From the IMG/VR virus record IMGVR_UViG_3300037852_000415, positions 1-64,000 of that record: a stretch of DNA of 64,000 nucleotides; one strand, written 5' to 3'. The DNA is from a virus. Under the pieces are notes generated by a model, which was not told the origin of the DNA, searched no databases, and saw nothing but the letters and a program-made list of their open reading frames with translations. A program made the position numbers and the translations under genes. Numbering within the stretch: the first letter of the stretch is position 1; every line of letters starts with the position of its first letter. Positions 1-11,065 of this stretch are shown here, piece after piece.

Positions 1-234
1 CCGCCGTCTACGCCGCCGACGCCGCCAACGCCGCCGTCTACGCCGCCTACGCCGCCGACGCCGCCGACGCCGCCGACGCCGCCGACGCCGCCAACGCCGC
101 CGTCTACGCCGCCTACGCCGCCGACGCCGCCGACGCCGCCAACGCCGCCGTCTACGCCGCCGACGCCGCCGACGCCGCCAACGCCGCCGTCTACGCCGCC
201 GTCTACGCCGCCTACGCCGCCGTCTACGCCGCCG
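1..234 (+). repeat. Coding tandem repeat of GCCGCC(G/A/T)AC and GCCGCCGTCTAC units
   Basis: Directly visible 9- and 12-nt in-frame units. Confidence 0.95.
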
Positions 235-299
235 CGCGCGAGGAGATCAAGCGAGCTCTCATCGACGCCCTAGTCCGTATCTGCAAGGTGACCCCATGA
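1..299 (+). CDS. Partial (5'-truncated) Ala-rich repeat protein
   Basis: Frame from nt 3 reads AVYAADAANAAVYAAYAADAAD...AREEIKRALIDALVRICKVTP*; the TGA overlaps the ATG at 296. Confidence 0.75.
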   Translation, partial: AVYAADAANAAVYAAYAADAADAADAADAANAAVYAAYAADAADAANAAVYAADAADAANAAVYAAVYAAYAAVYAAAREEIKRALIDALVRICKVTP

Positions 300-1627
300 C
301 GACACTGACGCGCGCAAGTCTATCCCCGGACCAGGCCGACGCCTACGACGCTATCCTCGCTTGGCGCGACAACCCACCTATCAGCGGCTTCGGCGGACGC
401 GAAGGGCGTCAAACGCTCACCCTAGGGGGCTTTGCAGGAACCGGCAAGACGACGGTGCTTTCCGTCTTCGCCAAAGAGGCCGGCATCGCGCCTCTCGCGT
501 TCGTCGCCTTCACCGGCAAAGCCGCCAGCGTCTTAGGCAGAAAGATGAAGGCGTCCGGCGTCGACACAACGAACAAGCTCGTCTCCCCCAAAGACAGAGA
601 TGCCGGCAACTGGAGCAATAAGCCTTACTGCGGCACGATCCACTCCCTCATCTACCGCCCGTGCGACTGCATGACGCCGCGCGAGAAGGGGCAAGCGCCC
701 GTCGAGCGCCCGTGCAAGATCTGCTACGAGAAGCACTTCTGCAAGCGCTCAAGCTTGGACCGTGACTACGCGCTCATCGTCGTCGACGAGGCAAGCATGG
801 TTTCCGACGACATGCTCGACGACCTACTACACTTCGAGGTGCCGATTCTAGCCGTCGGCGACCACGGCCAGCTGCCCCCCGTCAGAGGCACCGGGAGTCT
901 GATGCGCAATCCCGAGATTCGCCTCGAAAAGATTCACCGGCAAGCCGAAGGTAACCCCATCATCGCTTTGAGCAAGGCGATTCGCGAGACGGGCGACTTC
1001 GATGCGCGCTTTGCCGACGGCACGAAGGTGCGCTTCGGCAGCTTGCGCGACATCAAACGGGAGGTGCAGTTGCACTTCAGTAGCAGCGCCGGGCAAGACT
1101 TGTTCGGCCGCGCCCTCATCTGCTACACGAACAAGCGCCGCGTGGGGCTCAATATGATGGCGCGCCAAACGCTGGGCTTGAAGGGGCCGCCGGTGAAGGG
1201 CGAGCAAGTCATCTGCCTGCGCAACATGCGCGACAAGGGTGTCTACAACGGCATGCGGGGGCGGCTCACGACAGCCTCGCTGCAAAGCGAGAAGGCGCCG
1301 TGGATCTACAGCGCTTCGATCGAGTTTCCCGACGAGGGGCTGAAGGCGCAGGGGTTCGACATGTGCGGAGCGCAGTACAATCGCGAAAAGACTTTCGACG
1401 ATGTCACCAACGCGCGCGAGGAAACGGGCATCGACGTCTACTCGTGGGATGGCTTGGGGGCGCTCTTCGACTTCGGCTACGCCATGACGTGCCATAAAAC
1501 CCAAGGGTCCGGCTTTTCCGACGTACTCGTAATCGCCGAAACCTACGGCATGCCTCTAGACACGGCCACAAGGTGGAAGTACACGGCCGTCACGAGGGCG
1601 GCGGAAAGACTGGTGGTGCTTAGATGA
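296..1627 (+). CDS. SF1B helicase, Dda/RecD2-like, with Cys-rich insertion
   Basis: GFAGTGKT Walker A, VVDEASM, GDHGQLPPV, IHRQA, YAMTCHKTQGS, YTAVTRA. Confidence 0.92.
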   Translation: MTTLTRASLSPDQADAYDAILAWRDNPPISGFGGREGRQTLTLGGFAGTGKTTVLSVFAKEAGIAPLAFVAFTGKAASVLGRKMKASGVDTTNKLVSPKDRDAGNWSNKPYCGTIHSLIYRPCDCMTPREKGQAPVERPCKICYEKHFCKRSSLDRDYALIVVDEASMVSDDMLDDLLHFEVPILAVGDHGQLPPVRGTGSLMRNPEIRLEKIHRQAEGNPIIALSKAIRETGDFDARFADGTKVRFGSLRDIKREVQLHFSSSAGQDLFGRALICYTNKRRVGLNMMARQTLGLKGPPVKGEQVICLRNMRDKGVYNGMRGRLTTASLQSEKAPWIYSASIEFPDEGLKAQGFDMCGAQYNREKTFDDVTNAREETGIDVYSWDGLGALFDFGYAMTCHKTQGSGFSDVLVIAETYGMPLDTATRWKYTAVTRAAERLVVLR

Positions 1628-4600
1628 AAAAGCTCAAAGACAAGCCGTACGTCTCCAACTACCCGCCCCTCGACGCGTGGCTGAAAGAGCACGACGGGCG
1701 CTGTAATTGGCAGCTGCCCCTCGGCGACCCCGATGAGCCCCGAGGCTACGTTGAGTGCTGGCAGGTCGGAAAGGGGCTCGCGCTCATCATCGTCCACGCC
1801 AAGCAACTCGGCTGGGAGCTCTACACGGCCCCCAATACGAATCGAATCGACGAAACACTCATAGACGCCGCGCTCAGGCTCGGCTTTCACAAGGAAGAAA
1901 AGCCATGATGTCTCCCGAAGTAATCCGCGACCTCGCCGACGACGCCGCCCGCAAAGCCGCGCGTCTCAACAAGCGCCCCTACGCCATCTTCGACGAGGCG
2001 GAACTGGCGCGCTTCGCAAAGCAGGGGAAGCTCCCCTTCCCCTTCATCGGCAGCTATCTGCCGCCCGGCTACGAGAAGTGCGGCGAGTGGTTCGTCGACG
2101 CCTCCGGCTTCGGCGCAGAAGACGAGCCCGCCATGACCCGACGCGCCGTCTTCGTCGAGCTCGAGGAGCACATGAAGCAGGGCAACCTATACTGCTACGC
2201 CATCACCGAGGCGGGGCAGTTTCAGGTCTACATCGGCATCTTCAGAAAGGTAAGCAAGTGAAACTCTCACTCATAGCTGCGCTATCGCTGGCGCTCGCGA
2301 GCGCTGCGTGCGGCGCGGCGCCTAGCGGGACGCCGGCACCGCAACCAAACCCGTGCGCGCCGGCACCCGACACTGGCATCTGTGAGCGCTACGTCGCAGC
2401 GTGCTCGGGGAAGTACCCGACGCAAGTCGAGATTCCCTCTAGCTGCCCGGAGGCGGATGTTGCCCGTATCTGCGGCGACACCGAGGCCGCTTTGCCGGAC
2501 CCGAGCGCGTCGACGGAGAACGTGTGCGCGGAGGACTACCCAAACTACTCCGCGCCATGGGCCTGGTGCTGTCGGGGCCTCGCCGTCGTCAACAAGGGGG
2601 CGCGCGGTGGCTACGAAGCTAACTAAAAACCAGCGCGCGCTTCTCGTACTTTTGCGAGAGCTTACCAGCGTAAACGCGATGAGCCTGTCCAACGTCGATA
2701 AGCGCATCGCGGCCGGCTTGCTGCACCGCAAAGAGCCGTTGGTCATAGCGGTTCCGTGGCATCAGTACGGCAACCCCTCCGGCCCGACGTACATGCTCAA
2801 TGACGCGGGGCGCGCCGCGATGAAAGAGGCGGGCGATGATTGACGACAAGCCGCAAGCGAAGCCTTTCGAGGTAGCCCCCGAGGAGGCAGCGCGTATCGC
2901 CGAGTGGCTCGCCACAAGAGGGGGCCTCGCAATCTGGCGCAGCGTCAACCTCAGTAACGCCGGGGCCACGTGGGGCACGCCGGTGAACCGCGCCGACGGC
3001 ACCCCGACGCCCGCGCCAAGTTGGGAGTGCGAGAAGACCCCGTCGCGCGTCATCACAAGCGAGGACGACATCCACGTAGTCACGCGCAAGGAGGTGAAAC
3101 GCTTCCGCGTTCGCATCCGCACCAGCACCAACGGTTTGATGACGAAGCTTCAACGGAGCAGCGCGAGCCACCTCGAAACGGTGCTTGCGAGCGTGTCGAA
3201 GAAAACGGGGTTGGAGCCCGCCTACCACTTCGACTACGACACCCAAGAAGCCGTCATCACCGTACCCTGCGACAGGGTGCCCCTGGCTACCTTCCTCAAG
3301 AGGCGCTGATGAGACACAAAAGCTGCGCATGTATCCTGCGAGCGTTGCAGGCTGCGCTAGAGATTGCTACCGTTGACGCAGCTACGACGCCGCTAGCGTC
3401 AGACGGTACCTACATCACCCAAGGGCGTCGACCGAAGAGAGCCGAATCATGTCTACTACGTTTACCATCACACGTGAGCCCGTCAGCACTATCGTCGACA
3501 ACGTCCTGATTTTGGGGAGAGACCCCCTTGGGCCGTTTGCGACGGAGGAAGACTTCGAGGCGTGGGTCGCGTACGTGAAGGTGCGCGTAGCCATCTTCAG
3601 CCAGCTTCGCATCAGAGTGGACGTGCGCAGCGTCAACGAGGCGAATCAACGCAATCTCATCGTCTGCCTCGCGAGCCTGAATGAGCTCGTCATCCACGAC
3701 GCGCTTCAGCGCATCCATCACCAATGGATGGCCCTCGGCGCCCCCCGAGCAGAGCTCGAGGACGTCGACGATGATGACTTGTACGAAAAGCCGACTATCC
3801 CCAGCATCAAGGCACCCGCTGCATGAAGCCAAACAAGCGCTCGACTATCTCCGCCTCCTCTTTCGACGAGGAGCCACCCGCCACCGTGCCGGAGCCGGTG
3901 ACGTGTAAGGTGTGTAAGGGCGAGAAGATCGAGCGCTTGCCGCCGACGGATGCCGCTGACTACCGCGCGGTGCGCTGCACGCACTGCGATGGTACTGGCC
4001 TCGAGCCCCCGGAAGACGGCCCCCCGACACCGCGGGTGGACGTCAGCGCAAAAGCAGTAGGCAAGAGCGGCGAACGCCGCAAGATGCAGCAACGACTACC
4101 GCCGCCTAAGAAGAGGAGAGACGACTAATGAATCCGCGAGACAATACGAAGAAGCCCGAAGGCAAGAAAGACACGACTGCGCCGAAGGCGAAGAAGGGGC
4201 GCGTCATCAACCGGGGGCACAACCCCTCGCGCACCTACTTCTCCAACGCCGCCACGATGGCGAGCGTTGACAAGGGCAGCCACAATCCGCATCATCGGGG
4301 CGATGCGGGCTGGGGCGTAGCCAAGCGCGAGCCCCGCTTCGCTATCTTCCGCTACGAGTACGGCACCGACAAGAACGGTACGAAGAAACTCATGCTCCTC
4401 GCCGTCCTGCGCGACGCTGTCGTGTCGCGCAAACAGCAAGAGGCGTTTCAAGTCGACTCCGACGGGCGCTCAGCGCGCGCCGCCGAAGCGCCGAAAGAGG
4501 GGAAGTGATGCGCCTCAGCGCCAATAGCGGGGGATTGAATCCACACAAGCAGTGCGCCTGCTGCGCCGTCAATGAGGACCCTCCCCCGGAGCACGGGGAT

Positions 4601-5237
4601 GCCGTCGTTCTCACGCTCATCTTCGCCGAAGTCGAGGGCAACACCGACAGCATCAAGAATTCACTGTGTGAACGGCACAAGAAGTACCTCGAAGGGGGCA
4701 CGACGCTCGCTTCGATGGTGCAAGACGGGGCCGACGAGTCTATCGTCAACAAACTGGTGGAGTCGTACCTCGGCGGCGCACCGGAAAGCGAGGAGTCGTG
4801 AGAAAGACCTACGTGCGCAAGAAGCAGCCGCTAATCGCTCTCGTCCGCGAATTGCAGGAAGCGAATCGAGACCTGCGCGGCAAACTGGGGGATGCCAATC
4901 AAGCGCGCATGGCGCTTCAAGGGGCGCTGGATGCCACCGACGAGGCTGTGAAGGCGCCGCTCGGCGCTATCTTCGCCATCGCTAGAAGTCAGAGGGGGGA
5001 GCTGTGGCAAGTCGTCGGCGACCTCGCCGGGGAGACGCTGGAAAAGTTCGAATGATTACGTTCAAGGAGATGCGTAAGTGTGTACGGCGATACGGATGCA
5101 TAGTTCTCAAGGACGGCACCGACGTGGTCGCGATCGACTTCACACTTGAGGAGCTGGACAACCTGTTCGCTCTGGCTGGTATCTCGGTAGACGACGATAC
5201 GGATATGGAAGACGGGGATGTCGGCCCGTCCGCATAA
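1624..5237 (+). other. Cluster of small, mostly coupled hypothetical genes (1624-1908, 1905-2261, 2607-2843, 2836-3309, 3449-3826, 3823-4128, 4128-4508, 4505-4801, 4798-5055)
   Basis: Start/stop overlaps (ATGA/GTGA) and GC3-rich codons; 3823-4128 has CKVCKG...CTHCDGTG DnaJ-type Zn motif. Confidence 0.7.
2258..2626 (+). CDS. Cys-rich predicted lipoprotein
   Basis: GTG start gives MKLSLIAALSLALASAAC (lipobox-like), then multiple Cys. Confidence 0.65.
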   Translation: MKLSLIAALSLALASAACGAAPSGTPAPQPNPCAPAPDTGICERYVAACSGKYPTQVEIPSSCPEADVARICGDTEAALPDPSASTENVCAEDYPNYSAPWAWCCRGLAVVNKGARGGYEAN

Positions 5238-5254
5238 CTGGGGAGAAGAAAAAC

Positions 5255-7096
5255 ATGAGCATGCGCATCCGCGACTACGGCGGGGGCGAGTGGGCTATCG
5301 AAAGTGACGCTTTCAGCCCCGCGCTCTTGAAAGAGGCGCGCGCGACGCCCGGATTGATATTCGATAGGGAGCGCCGTGTATGGGTTGGCTATCGAGACGC
5401 CGTAGCCGTCGCCACGGCGCGCCTCCGCGCCAAGGGGCTCAGGCTACAAGGCGATGTCGAGAGGATTCCACTCAACTCGCCGACGCGCGTGCAGCCTAGC
5501 TACGAGTCGTCCCGCGACTTCCAGAAGACCGCCATCGACTTCCTCGTCACACACGCCGACGAGGGCGCGCTTCTCGCCGATGACTTGGGCCTCGGCAAGA
5601 CGCACTCCGCCCTCCGCGCCGCGCGCGCCTTCAAGGAGCCGACGCTTGTAGTCTGCCCGGCGTTCGTCACGGGCATCTGGGGCGACGACGAAACTTCGGA
5701 AGTACGCAAGTGGTGGCGTGACGCTTGGCCCCCGCGCGTACTCGAGGGCATCAAGGCTGGTCCTTGGTATGTGGTGCGTGAGCAAGAGTACGATGAACTG
5801 ACGTGCGCTACGCCGCGTACTTGGTACTGGCGGGGGAACGAGTCGCTGTCGGGGCAGTGGGTGACGAAAGAGAAAGACGCGACACTCTTCTGTGCACAAG
5901 CGGACGCCGAAGACTTCATCGTACGCAAGTGGGGCCCCGGAGAGCGCGAGCGTCTCGCCCCGCAGGTGGTGCCTGCTCCGGTGGCGGCGCAACCGCTCAC
6001 TATCTGTAACTACTCTATCCTGTACGCCTGGGCGCCGCATCTCATCGGCGTCGTCAAGACGCTCATCTGCGACGAAGCGCACTTCATCAGCAACGCGAAG
6101 AGCGGTAGGAGCAAGGCGATGGCGAGTATCGCGGCTGCCTGCGCGCACAGGATTGCGCTGACAGGCACGCCTTTGACGAACCGCCCGCGAGACTTGCACA
6201 ACCTCGTCGACACTATCTCCCCCGGAAGGTTCGGGGGCTTCGTCTCCTACGGCATCCGCTACGCCAACGGACGAAAAGAGGAGATATCCGTCAAGGGCAT
6301 CCCTCGCGCGGTGTGGCGCTTCGACGGCGCGACGAATCTCGAGGAGCTGAATCAGCGCCTCTCGTACTTCATGCTTCGGCGCACGAAAAGCGAAGTCTCT
6401 TTGCAACTGCCGCCTCGTACGCTGCAGACGCTCCTCATTGACGTCAAGAAGAGCTACATCGCGGCGCCTAAGAGTATCATCAACGCCACGCGCGTTAGCG
6501 AGAAGGCGCTGAGGCGCGCGCTAGACTTAGCTGCCGACGGGAAGCTCCCGACGATTGTTGATATGGCAACAAGCCACGTTGAGGCGGGGCACAACGTTGT
6601 CGTCTTCTGCTGGCGCCGGAGCGTATGCGAATACTTGGCGCAGGCGCTCTCGCGCGTGCTGGAGCTTCCGGCGCGCGTCAACTTCATTCACGGCGGCGTC
6701 AGCTTGAAAGAACGACAGCGGCGCATAGCCTCGGATTGGCGCGTGCTTGTTGCCAACATCGACGTTACCGCAGGCGGCATATCGCTGACGCGCGCCGACG
6801 TGGGGCTCTATGCGGAATTGACGTGGGAGCCGCACGAGATTCTACAGACGATGGGGCGGCTACACCGCCCCGGGCAAACGGAGCCGACTCTATTCCAGTT
6901 CCCACTCGCACGCGGCGCCGTAGACGAGCTTCTCGCCAAGAGTCTCATCAGCAAACTCGAGGTGTTCGAGAAAGTCATCGGCAAAGTCGACGAGAAGCTG
7001 GGCGCCAGCCTAGATTCGACGCGCGAGAAGGACACTAAGGCGCAGTTGAAGAGCCTCTACGAGAGGCTGAAGAAACAACAGGAGGCAGAGGCATGA
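5255..7096 (+). CDS. SNF2-family helicase with N-terminal HARP-like domain
   Basis: LADDLGLGKT, ICDEAH, LTGTP, MLRRTK, QTMGRLHRPGQ; N-terminal ATPGLIFDRERRVW is HARP-like. Confidence 0.9.
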   Translation: MSMRIRDYGGGEWAIESDAFSPALLKEARATPGLIFDRERRVWVGYRDAVAVATARLRAKGLRLQGDVERIPLNSPTRVQPSYESSRDFQKTAIDFLVTHADEGALLADDLGLGKTHSALRAARAFKEPTLVVCPAFVTGIWGDDETSEVRKWWRDAWPPRVLEGIKAGPWYVVREQEYDELTCATPRTWYWRGNESLSGQWVTKEKDATLFCAQADAEDFIVRKWGPGERERLAPQVVPAPVAAQPLTICNYSILYAWAPHLIGVVKTLICDEAHFISNAKSGRSKAMASIAAACAHRIALTGTPLTNRPRDLHNLVDTISPGRFGGFVSYGIRYANGRKEEISVKGIPRAVWRFDGATNLEELNQRLSYFMLRRTKSEVSLQLPPRTLQTLLIDVKKSYIAAPKSIINATRVSEKALRRALDLAADGKLPTIVDMATSHVEAGHNVVVFCWRRSVCEYLAQALSRVLELPARVNFIHGGVSLKERQRRIASDWRVLVANIDVTAGGISLTRADVGLYAELTWEPHEILQTMGRLHRPGQTEPTLFQFPLARGAVDELLAKSLISKLEVFEKVIGKVDEKLGASLDSTREKDTKAQLKSLYERLKKQQEAEA

Positions 7097-7404
7097 AGAA
7101 GAAAGCTACCGTGCTCGAAGTGCTGCGCGAAGCCCGCGCCCTCATCCGCCAAGGGTGGACCAAGAACGCGGCACAAAAGAGATTGCCTAACGGCAAGATT
7201 CTGTACTGCATCGTAGGCGCTTTGGGCCGCGTGCCGGGGGCTACCGGTGTCACGTACGAGTTGGCTAAGTACGAACTAGAGTGCGCCGGCAACATCCCCA
7301 GTGTCATTGGCTTCAACGACGCCCATAAGACCACCAAGCGTCAGGTGCTCGCGCTCTTCGACAAGACAATCAAGCGGCTCATTAGGGTAGGTAAGAAGGC
7401 ATGA
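7093..7404 (+). CDS. DUF6197-like phage protein
   Basis: ARALIRQGW...YCIVGAL...FNDA...QVLALFD pattern. Confidence 0.6.
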   Translation: MKKKATVLEVLREARALIRQGWTKNAAQKRLPNGKILYCIVGALGRVPGATGVTYELAKYELECAGNIPSVIGFNDAHKTTKRQVLALFDKTIKRLIRVGKKA

Positions 7405-7800
7405 ACCAGCACTCCAACGGCAAGTTAGCCTACAGCCTCGGCGACATCGCCGACATCACCGCTAGCCTCAAGAAGGCTCGCGACGGCTCGACGCTGCCCG
7501 AAGTCTTCGAAGGCCTCGACGGCCCCGCCATTAGGCGCTGTCTCATCGCGCTCGGCGTCATCAGGCCGGGCACCCTCGACGACCCGACTCCGCAGCGTTT
7601 TCTAGAAGAGGGCGCGGCGCTGCGCCGACGCGTCTACGATCCGAAGGGCAAGACGTCAGCCTCCGCCGGCTACACCGGGCAGAAGAAGGTGTGGCGCGCG
7701 CCCCCGACTTTGCGTGTCGACCACTGGGGGCAGCGAGAGGCGCGCCGCGTGATTGCGCGAGACAACGGGCAGGCGTCGTAAGCGCGCTATACTAAAACCC

Positions 7801-8337
7801 ATGCCGCTCGCACCTCTCTATATCGGCGAAGTCGTCCATCACACCAAGCAGGGCAAGTGCCATTGGCACCCCGACGGCGCTGTCTACAGATACGCCCCCG
7901 CGCCAGCGAGCGCGCGTGAGATTGAAGACTTCGGCGCCGGTGACACCGAGGCAGTCCGTATCTTCGTCGGCTTCAACGTTGGCGGCACGCCGACACACAC
8001 GTTGAGTCAAGTTGCTGACGCCGTCTACGAGATTCGCAAGCGCCAAGGTGCCTCGGGCGACGCCAGCTTGCTGCTCCAAAGGGGTATCTACGAAAGCGAC
8101 GGGGAGCGTGTCGACGAAGACAGCGCACAGATCGTCATCCTCAACTTGAGTGGGGAGAAGAATTTCACGGCGCATATGCTCGCCTTAGCCGAGCGCCTGC
8201 GCGAACAGCTAAGCCAAGAGCGCGTCATCGTCGAGATGCAGAAGGGGGGCGTCGTGCAGCATGTCTACAGCGCTACGGACCCCGCCGTCATCGAGAGAGA
8301 GCGCCAGAAAGCCGGCGAGAAAGCCGGTGATGGATGA
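7801..8337 (+). CDS. Hypothetical protein, probably leaderless
   Basis: TATACT 7 nt before ATG 7801. Confidence 0.6.
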   Translation: MPLAPLYIGEVVHHTKQGKCHWHPDGAVYRYAPAPASAREIEDFGAGDTEAVRIFVGFNVGGTPTHTLSQVADAVYEIRKRQGASGDASLLLQRGIYESDGERVDEDSAQIVILNLSGEKNFTAHMLALAERLREQLSQERVIVEMQKGGVVQHVYSATDPAVIERERQKAGEKAGDG

Positions 8338-8695
8338 CGCCGCTACCTCGAGTATGGGAACTCGCGATGACCAAACGCTTCAAGGCGTATAAGGGCGCGC
8401 CCATCTCTATCGAGGAGGCGTACGCCATCGTCTACGAAGTCGCCGCTGAGATGGGGTTCATCGTGACTGTCCGGGGCGCCGTACGCAACGACGATAGAGG
8501 TAACATCATCATCAACGGCTGGACGTTCGCGCCGGGAATCGACGCTGGGCTAGAAGTGGCTTACCGGAAGATGATGGCGCTCGCCTGCTCAGGTAAGCCC
8601 GACAAGCCGAGTAAGCCGCACGCGCCGAAAGCTAACGATGCGTGGGTGGATATCCAGTACCTCCCCGAGCCAAACCAGTGTGCTACACCTACACC

Positions 8696-9640
8696 ATGCG
8701 CAAAAGGCATAACCAAAGCCCGCCGTACCAAGCGACGAGCAACAACAAAAGCCGCCGCAAAACCCGCGCGCAAGTCATCGCAGCCCTCATCCCGCCGCCG
8801 GTAGCGCAAGGCATCAAGAGTACCGCCTACCTACGAAGCGACTTGGTGAGTGAGACGATTGCGTACTTGAAGAGAGGTACGTCGAGCCCATCGCTGCCGC
8901 ACGTAGGAAGCGCGCCGATTCTCGATTGGAACCCCGCTGCGGGCGTCACGGTGAGCGGCGGCTTCGTCAGTGCGATTCTAGATCAGAGCGGGCACGGTAA
9001 TACCGGTACGCCGACGCCGAGCGCTATCGGGGGTACGGGCGGTACTGTCGTCGCCTCCGACGCTGCCTTTGCGGGTAAGCCCAGCATCGCTTTCAGCCAA
9101 GCCTTGGCGAAGCCGCAAGGCCTCATCGCCAATCCATTCTCGGGCTACGCATCGGGGGGCTTCACTGTCTTCATCGCGTATATTGACCTCGCGACGCCTG
9201 GCGCAGACCCCGGCGGGCTCATCTACTCAGGCAACGGTTTCCCGACCGGGCACCTGACGAGCCAAGCGTGGGACCAGCTCTCTACCGCGTCCGCCGGGGG
9301 CAACACCGACGCTCTCGTCGAAGACACGAACACGAGCAGTTTCAATATCGCCCCCGACTGGGCCCTCACGGGGGCGGGGGCGCTGTACGTCCACCAGGAC
9401 GCTGGGACCAACGCGTCTCATATCGTGAGGCTCAACGGTTCGACGAAAGCGCGCGGCTCAACGCTTAGCGCACTCGACCCCGGCCCCGGGCCTGCCGGGA
9501 CGCAGACGTGGGTACTCGCCAGCGGCCCCGGCGCTCGTCGTACAGGTAGGTTCGCGAGGGTGCTTATCTACCCTTCAGCTCTTTCGGGGGGCGACATCGC
9601 CCTAGTCGAGGCCTACTTCACCGCCAATTACGGAGTCTAA
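8696..9640 (+). CDS. Putative virion protein with LamG/concanavalin-like beta-sandwich
   Basis: ILDW...DQSGHGN...GKPSIAF...VLIYPSALS...VEAYFTANYG pattern typical of phage LamG-like domains. Confidence 0.6.
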   Translation: MRKRHNQSPPYQATSNNKSRRKTRAQVIAALIPPPVAQGIKSTAYLRSDLVSETIAYLKRGTSSPSLPHVGSAPILDWNPAAGVTVSGGFVSAILDQSGHGNTGTPTPSAIGGTGGTVVASDAAFAGKPSIAFSQALAKPQGLIANPFSGYASGGFTVFIAYIDLATPGADPGGLIYSGNGFPTGHLTSQAWDQLSTASAGGNTDALVEDTNTSSFNIAPDWALTGAGALYVHQDAGTNASHIVRLNGSTKARGSTLSALDPGPGPAGTQTWVLASGPGARRTGRFARVLIYPSALSGGDIALVEAYFTANYGV

Positions 9641-9642
9641 TC

Positions 9643-9750
9643 ATGGGTGCAGGCGGCTGGCGGGTACTATTCGGAGGGCTCGTAATAGTAGCCGCCGTCG
9701 TGGACGCCAGAAACATCGAGAAGAGCCGCAAGCGCCGACGCCGCCGCTAG
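9643..9750 (+). CDS. 35-aa membrane peptide with basic tail
   Basis: Own translation MGAGGWRVLFGGLVIVAAVVDARNIEKSRKRRRRR*. Confidence 0.55.
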   Translation: MGAGGWRVLFGGLVIVAAVVDARNIEKSRKRRRRR

Positions 9751-9818
9751 GGGCACCTCCTCTATAGAGGTGCGTAAGCCGGGTAGCGCCGCCGCCCTAC
9801 GCGTGCGATACTGGCGAC

Positions 9819-11039
9819 ATGGGTGCACTACGTAGCTCGGGCGCAATTCGTAATACAGAGCTGGCCTACCTCTCCAGCATCGAGATTCTGGCCCTAGCGC
9901 GAGCGCAGGCCGCCGAGAAGTCGATCGCTGCCGGGGCGTTCTTACAAGGGGGCAACTCCTTCGCCGCGCCTGCGGTGTTGGGCACCAACGATGCTAACCC
10001 CCTTCTCATCAGAACTAACGGTGTGACACGCGCTGAGGCGGATACCTCAGGCAATTTCTTAGCGAACTCGTTCGACACGCTAAGCGCTACAGGGCTCACC
10101 GTCGGGGGCACCAACGCTACCTCCATCACTCTCGGGGGCAGTGGCCACCCGGGACTTACGGCAACAGTAGGAGTCGTCAGCGTCACGAGTAACTCTACGG
10201 GCACCATGCTGTTCGGAGGTAACGTCAACATCGACACGACTAGTGGCAATTTGAACCTGGGCGCCGCGAGCGGCGGTATCGCCATCAACATCGGGCTGCC
10301 GTCAAACACGCTCGCCGTAGCGGCGTCGACCTACACATTTCGCGGCACCGCTACTTTCACAGACGTAAACAACAACACCTGGCTCACGAACAGCGCTGTC
10401 GCGGGCGCAGTCAACTTCGTCAATATCTCTAACAACGCCACCGGTAGCGCGCCTAAGATCGTCTCGACGGGCACTGACGCAGCGGTCGGTCTAGCCATTG
10501 CTACTAAGGGCGCAGCGATCATCAATATGACGAACGCGACGGGCGCGCAGCTCTCCGGCGCCGGCCAAAACATCGTCTTCGCCGTCATCAACAACGGCGG
10601 GGCGTCGACGAGCGGCTGCGCGACCTTCGCGGGCGGCGACAGCAGCGGCACGAGCCGTATCATCGTCGACTTCCGCGAAGCGGCGGCGCTCGGCACCGTC
10701 GTAGGCTCTATCGCCATCACGACGGCGGCAACCGCCTTCAATACGAGCTCCGACAGGCGCCTCAAGAAAGACATCGTCGACACGCAACGAGGGCTTGCCG
10801 AGATTCTCAAGATACGTGTGCGCGACTTCGGCTTCAAAGTCGACGCCGATGGTGTCGCGAAGCGCACTGGCTTCATCGCGCAGGAGCTCATCGAAGTGGT
10901 ACCGAGCGCCGTCACCGTCGAGGCCGAAGGCGCCAAGTACATGCAGGTCGACTACTCCAAGTTGACGCCCTATTGCGTACGCGCTATCCAGCAGCTGCAC
11001 GCGCGCATCGAGCAGCTAGAGTCGAAGCTAGCCGCCTAA
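9819..11039 (+). CDS. Fibre/spike protein with C-terminal peptidase S74 intramolecular chaperone
   Basis: TSSDRRLKKDI...GFIAQEL...VDYSKL plus coiled-coil end; G/T/N-rich shaft. Confidence 0.88.
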   Translation: MGALRSSGAIRNTELAYLSSIEILALARAQAAEKSIAAGAFLQGGNSFAAPAVLGTNDANPLLIRTNGVTRAEADTSGNFLANSFDTLSATGLTVGGTNATSITLGGSGHPGLTATVGVVSVTSNSTGTMLFGGNVNIDTTSGNLNLGAASGGIAINIGLPSNTLAVAASTYTFRGTATFTDVNNNTWLTNSAVAGAVNFVNISNNATGSAPKIVSTGTDAAVGLAIATKGAAIINMTNATGAQLSGAGQNIVFAVINNGGASTSGCATFAGGDSSGTSRIIVDFREAAALGTVVGSIAITTAATAFNTSSDRRLKKDIVDTQRGLAEILKIRVRDFGFKVDADGVAKRTGFIAQELIEVVPSAVTVEAEGAKYMQVDYSKLTPYCVRAIQQLHARIEQLESKLAA

Positions 11040-11065
11040 CCTCGCGCGTAAGCGCAGGTGGGATA

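Noticed and set aside
1-234. CRISPR array or DGR template/variable repeat
   Set aside because: Units are 9-12 nt in-frame codons with no spacers; no reverse transcriptase or second copy in the window
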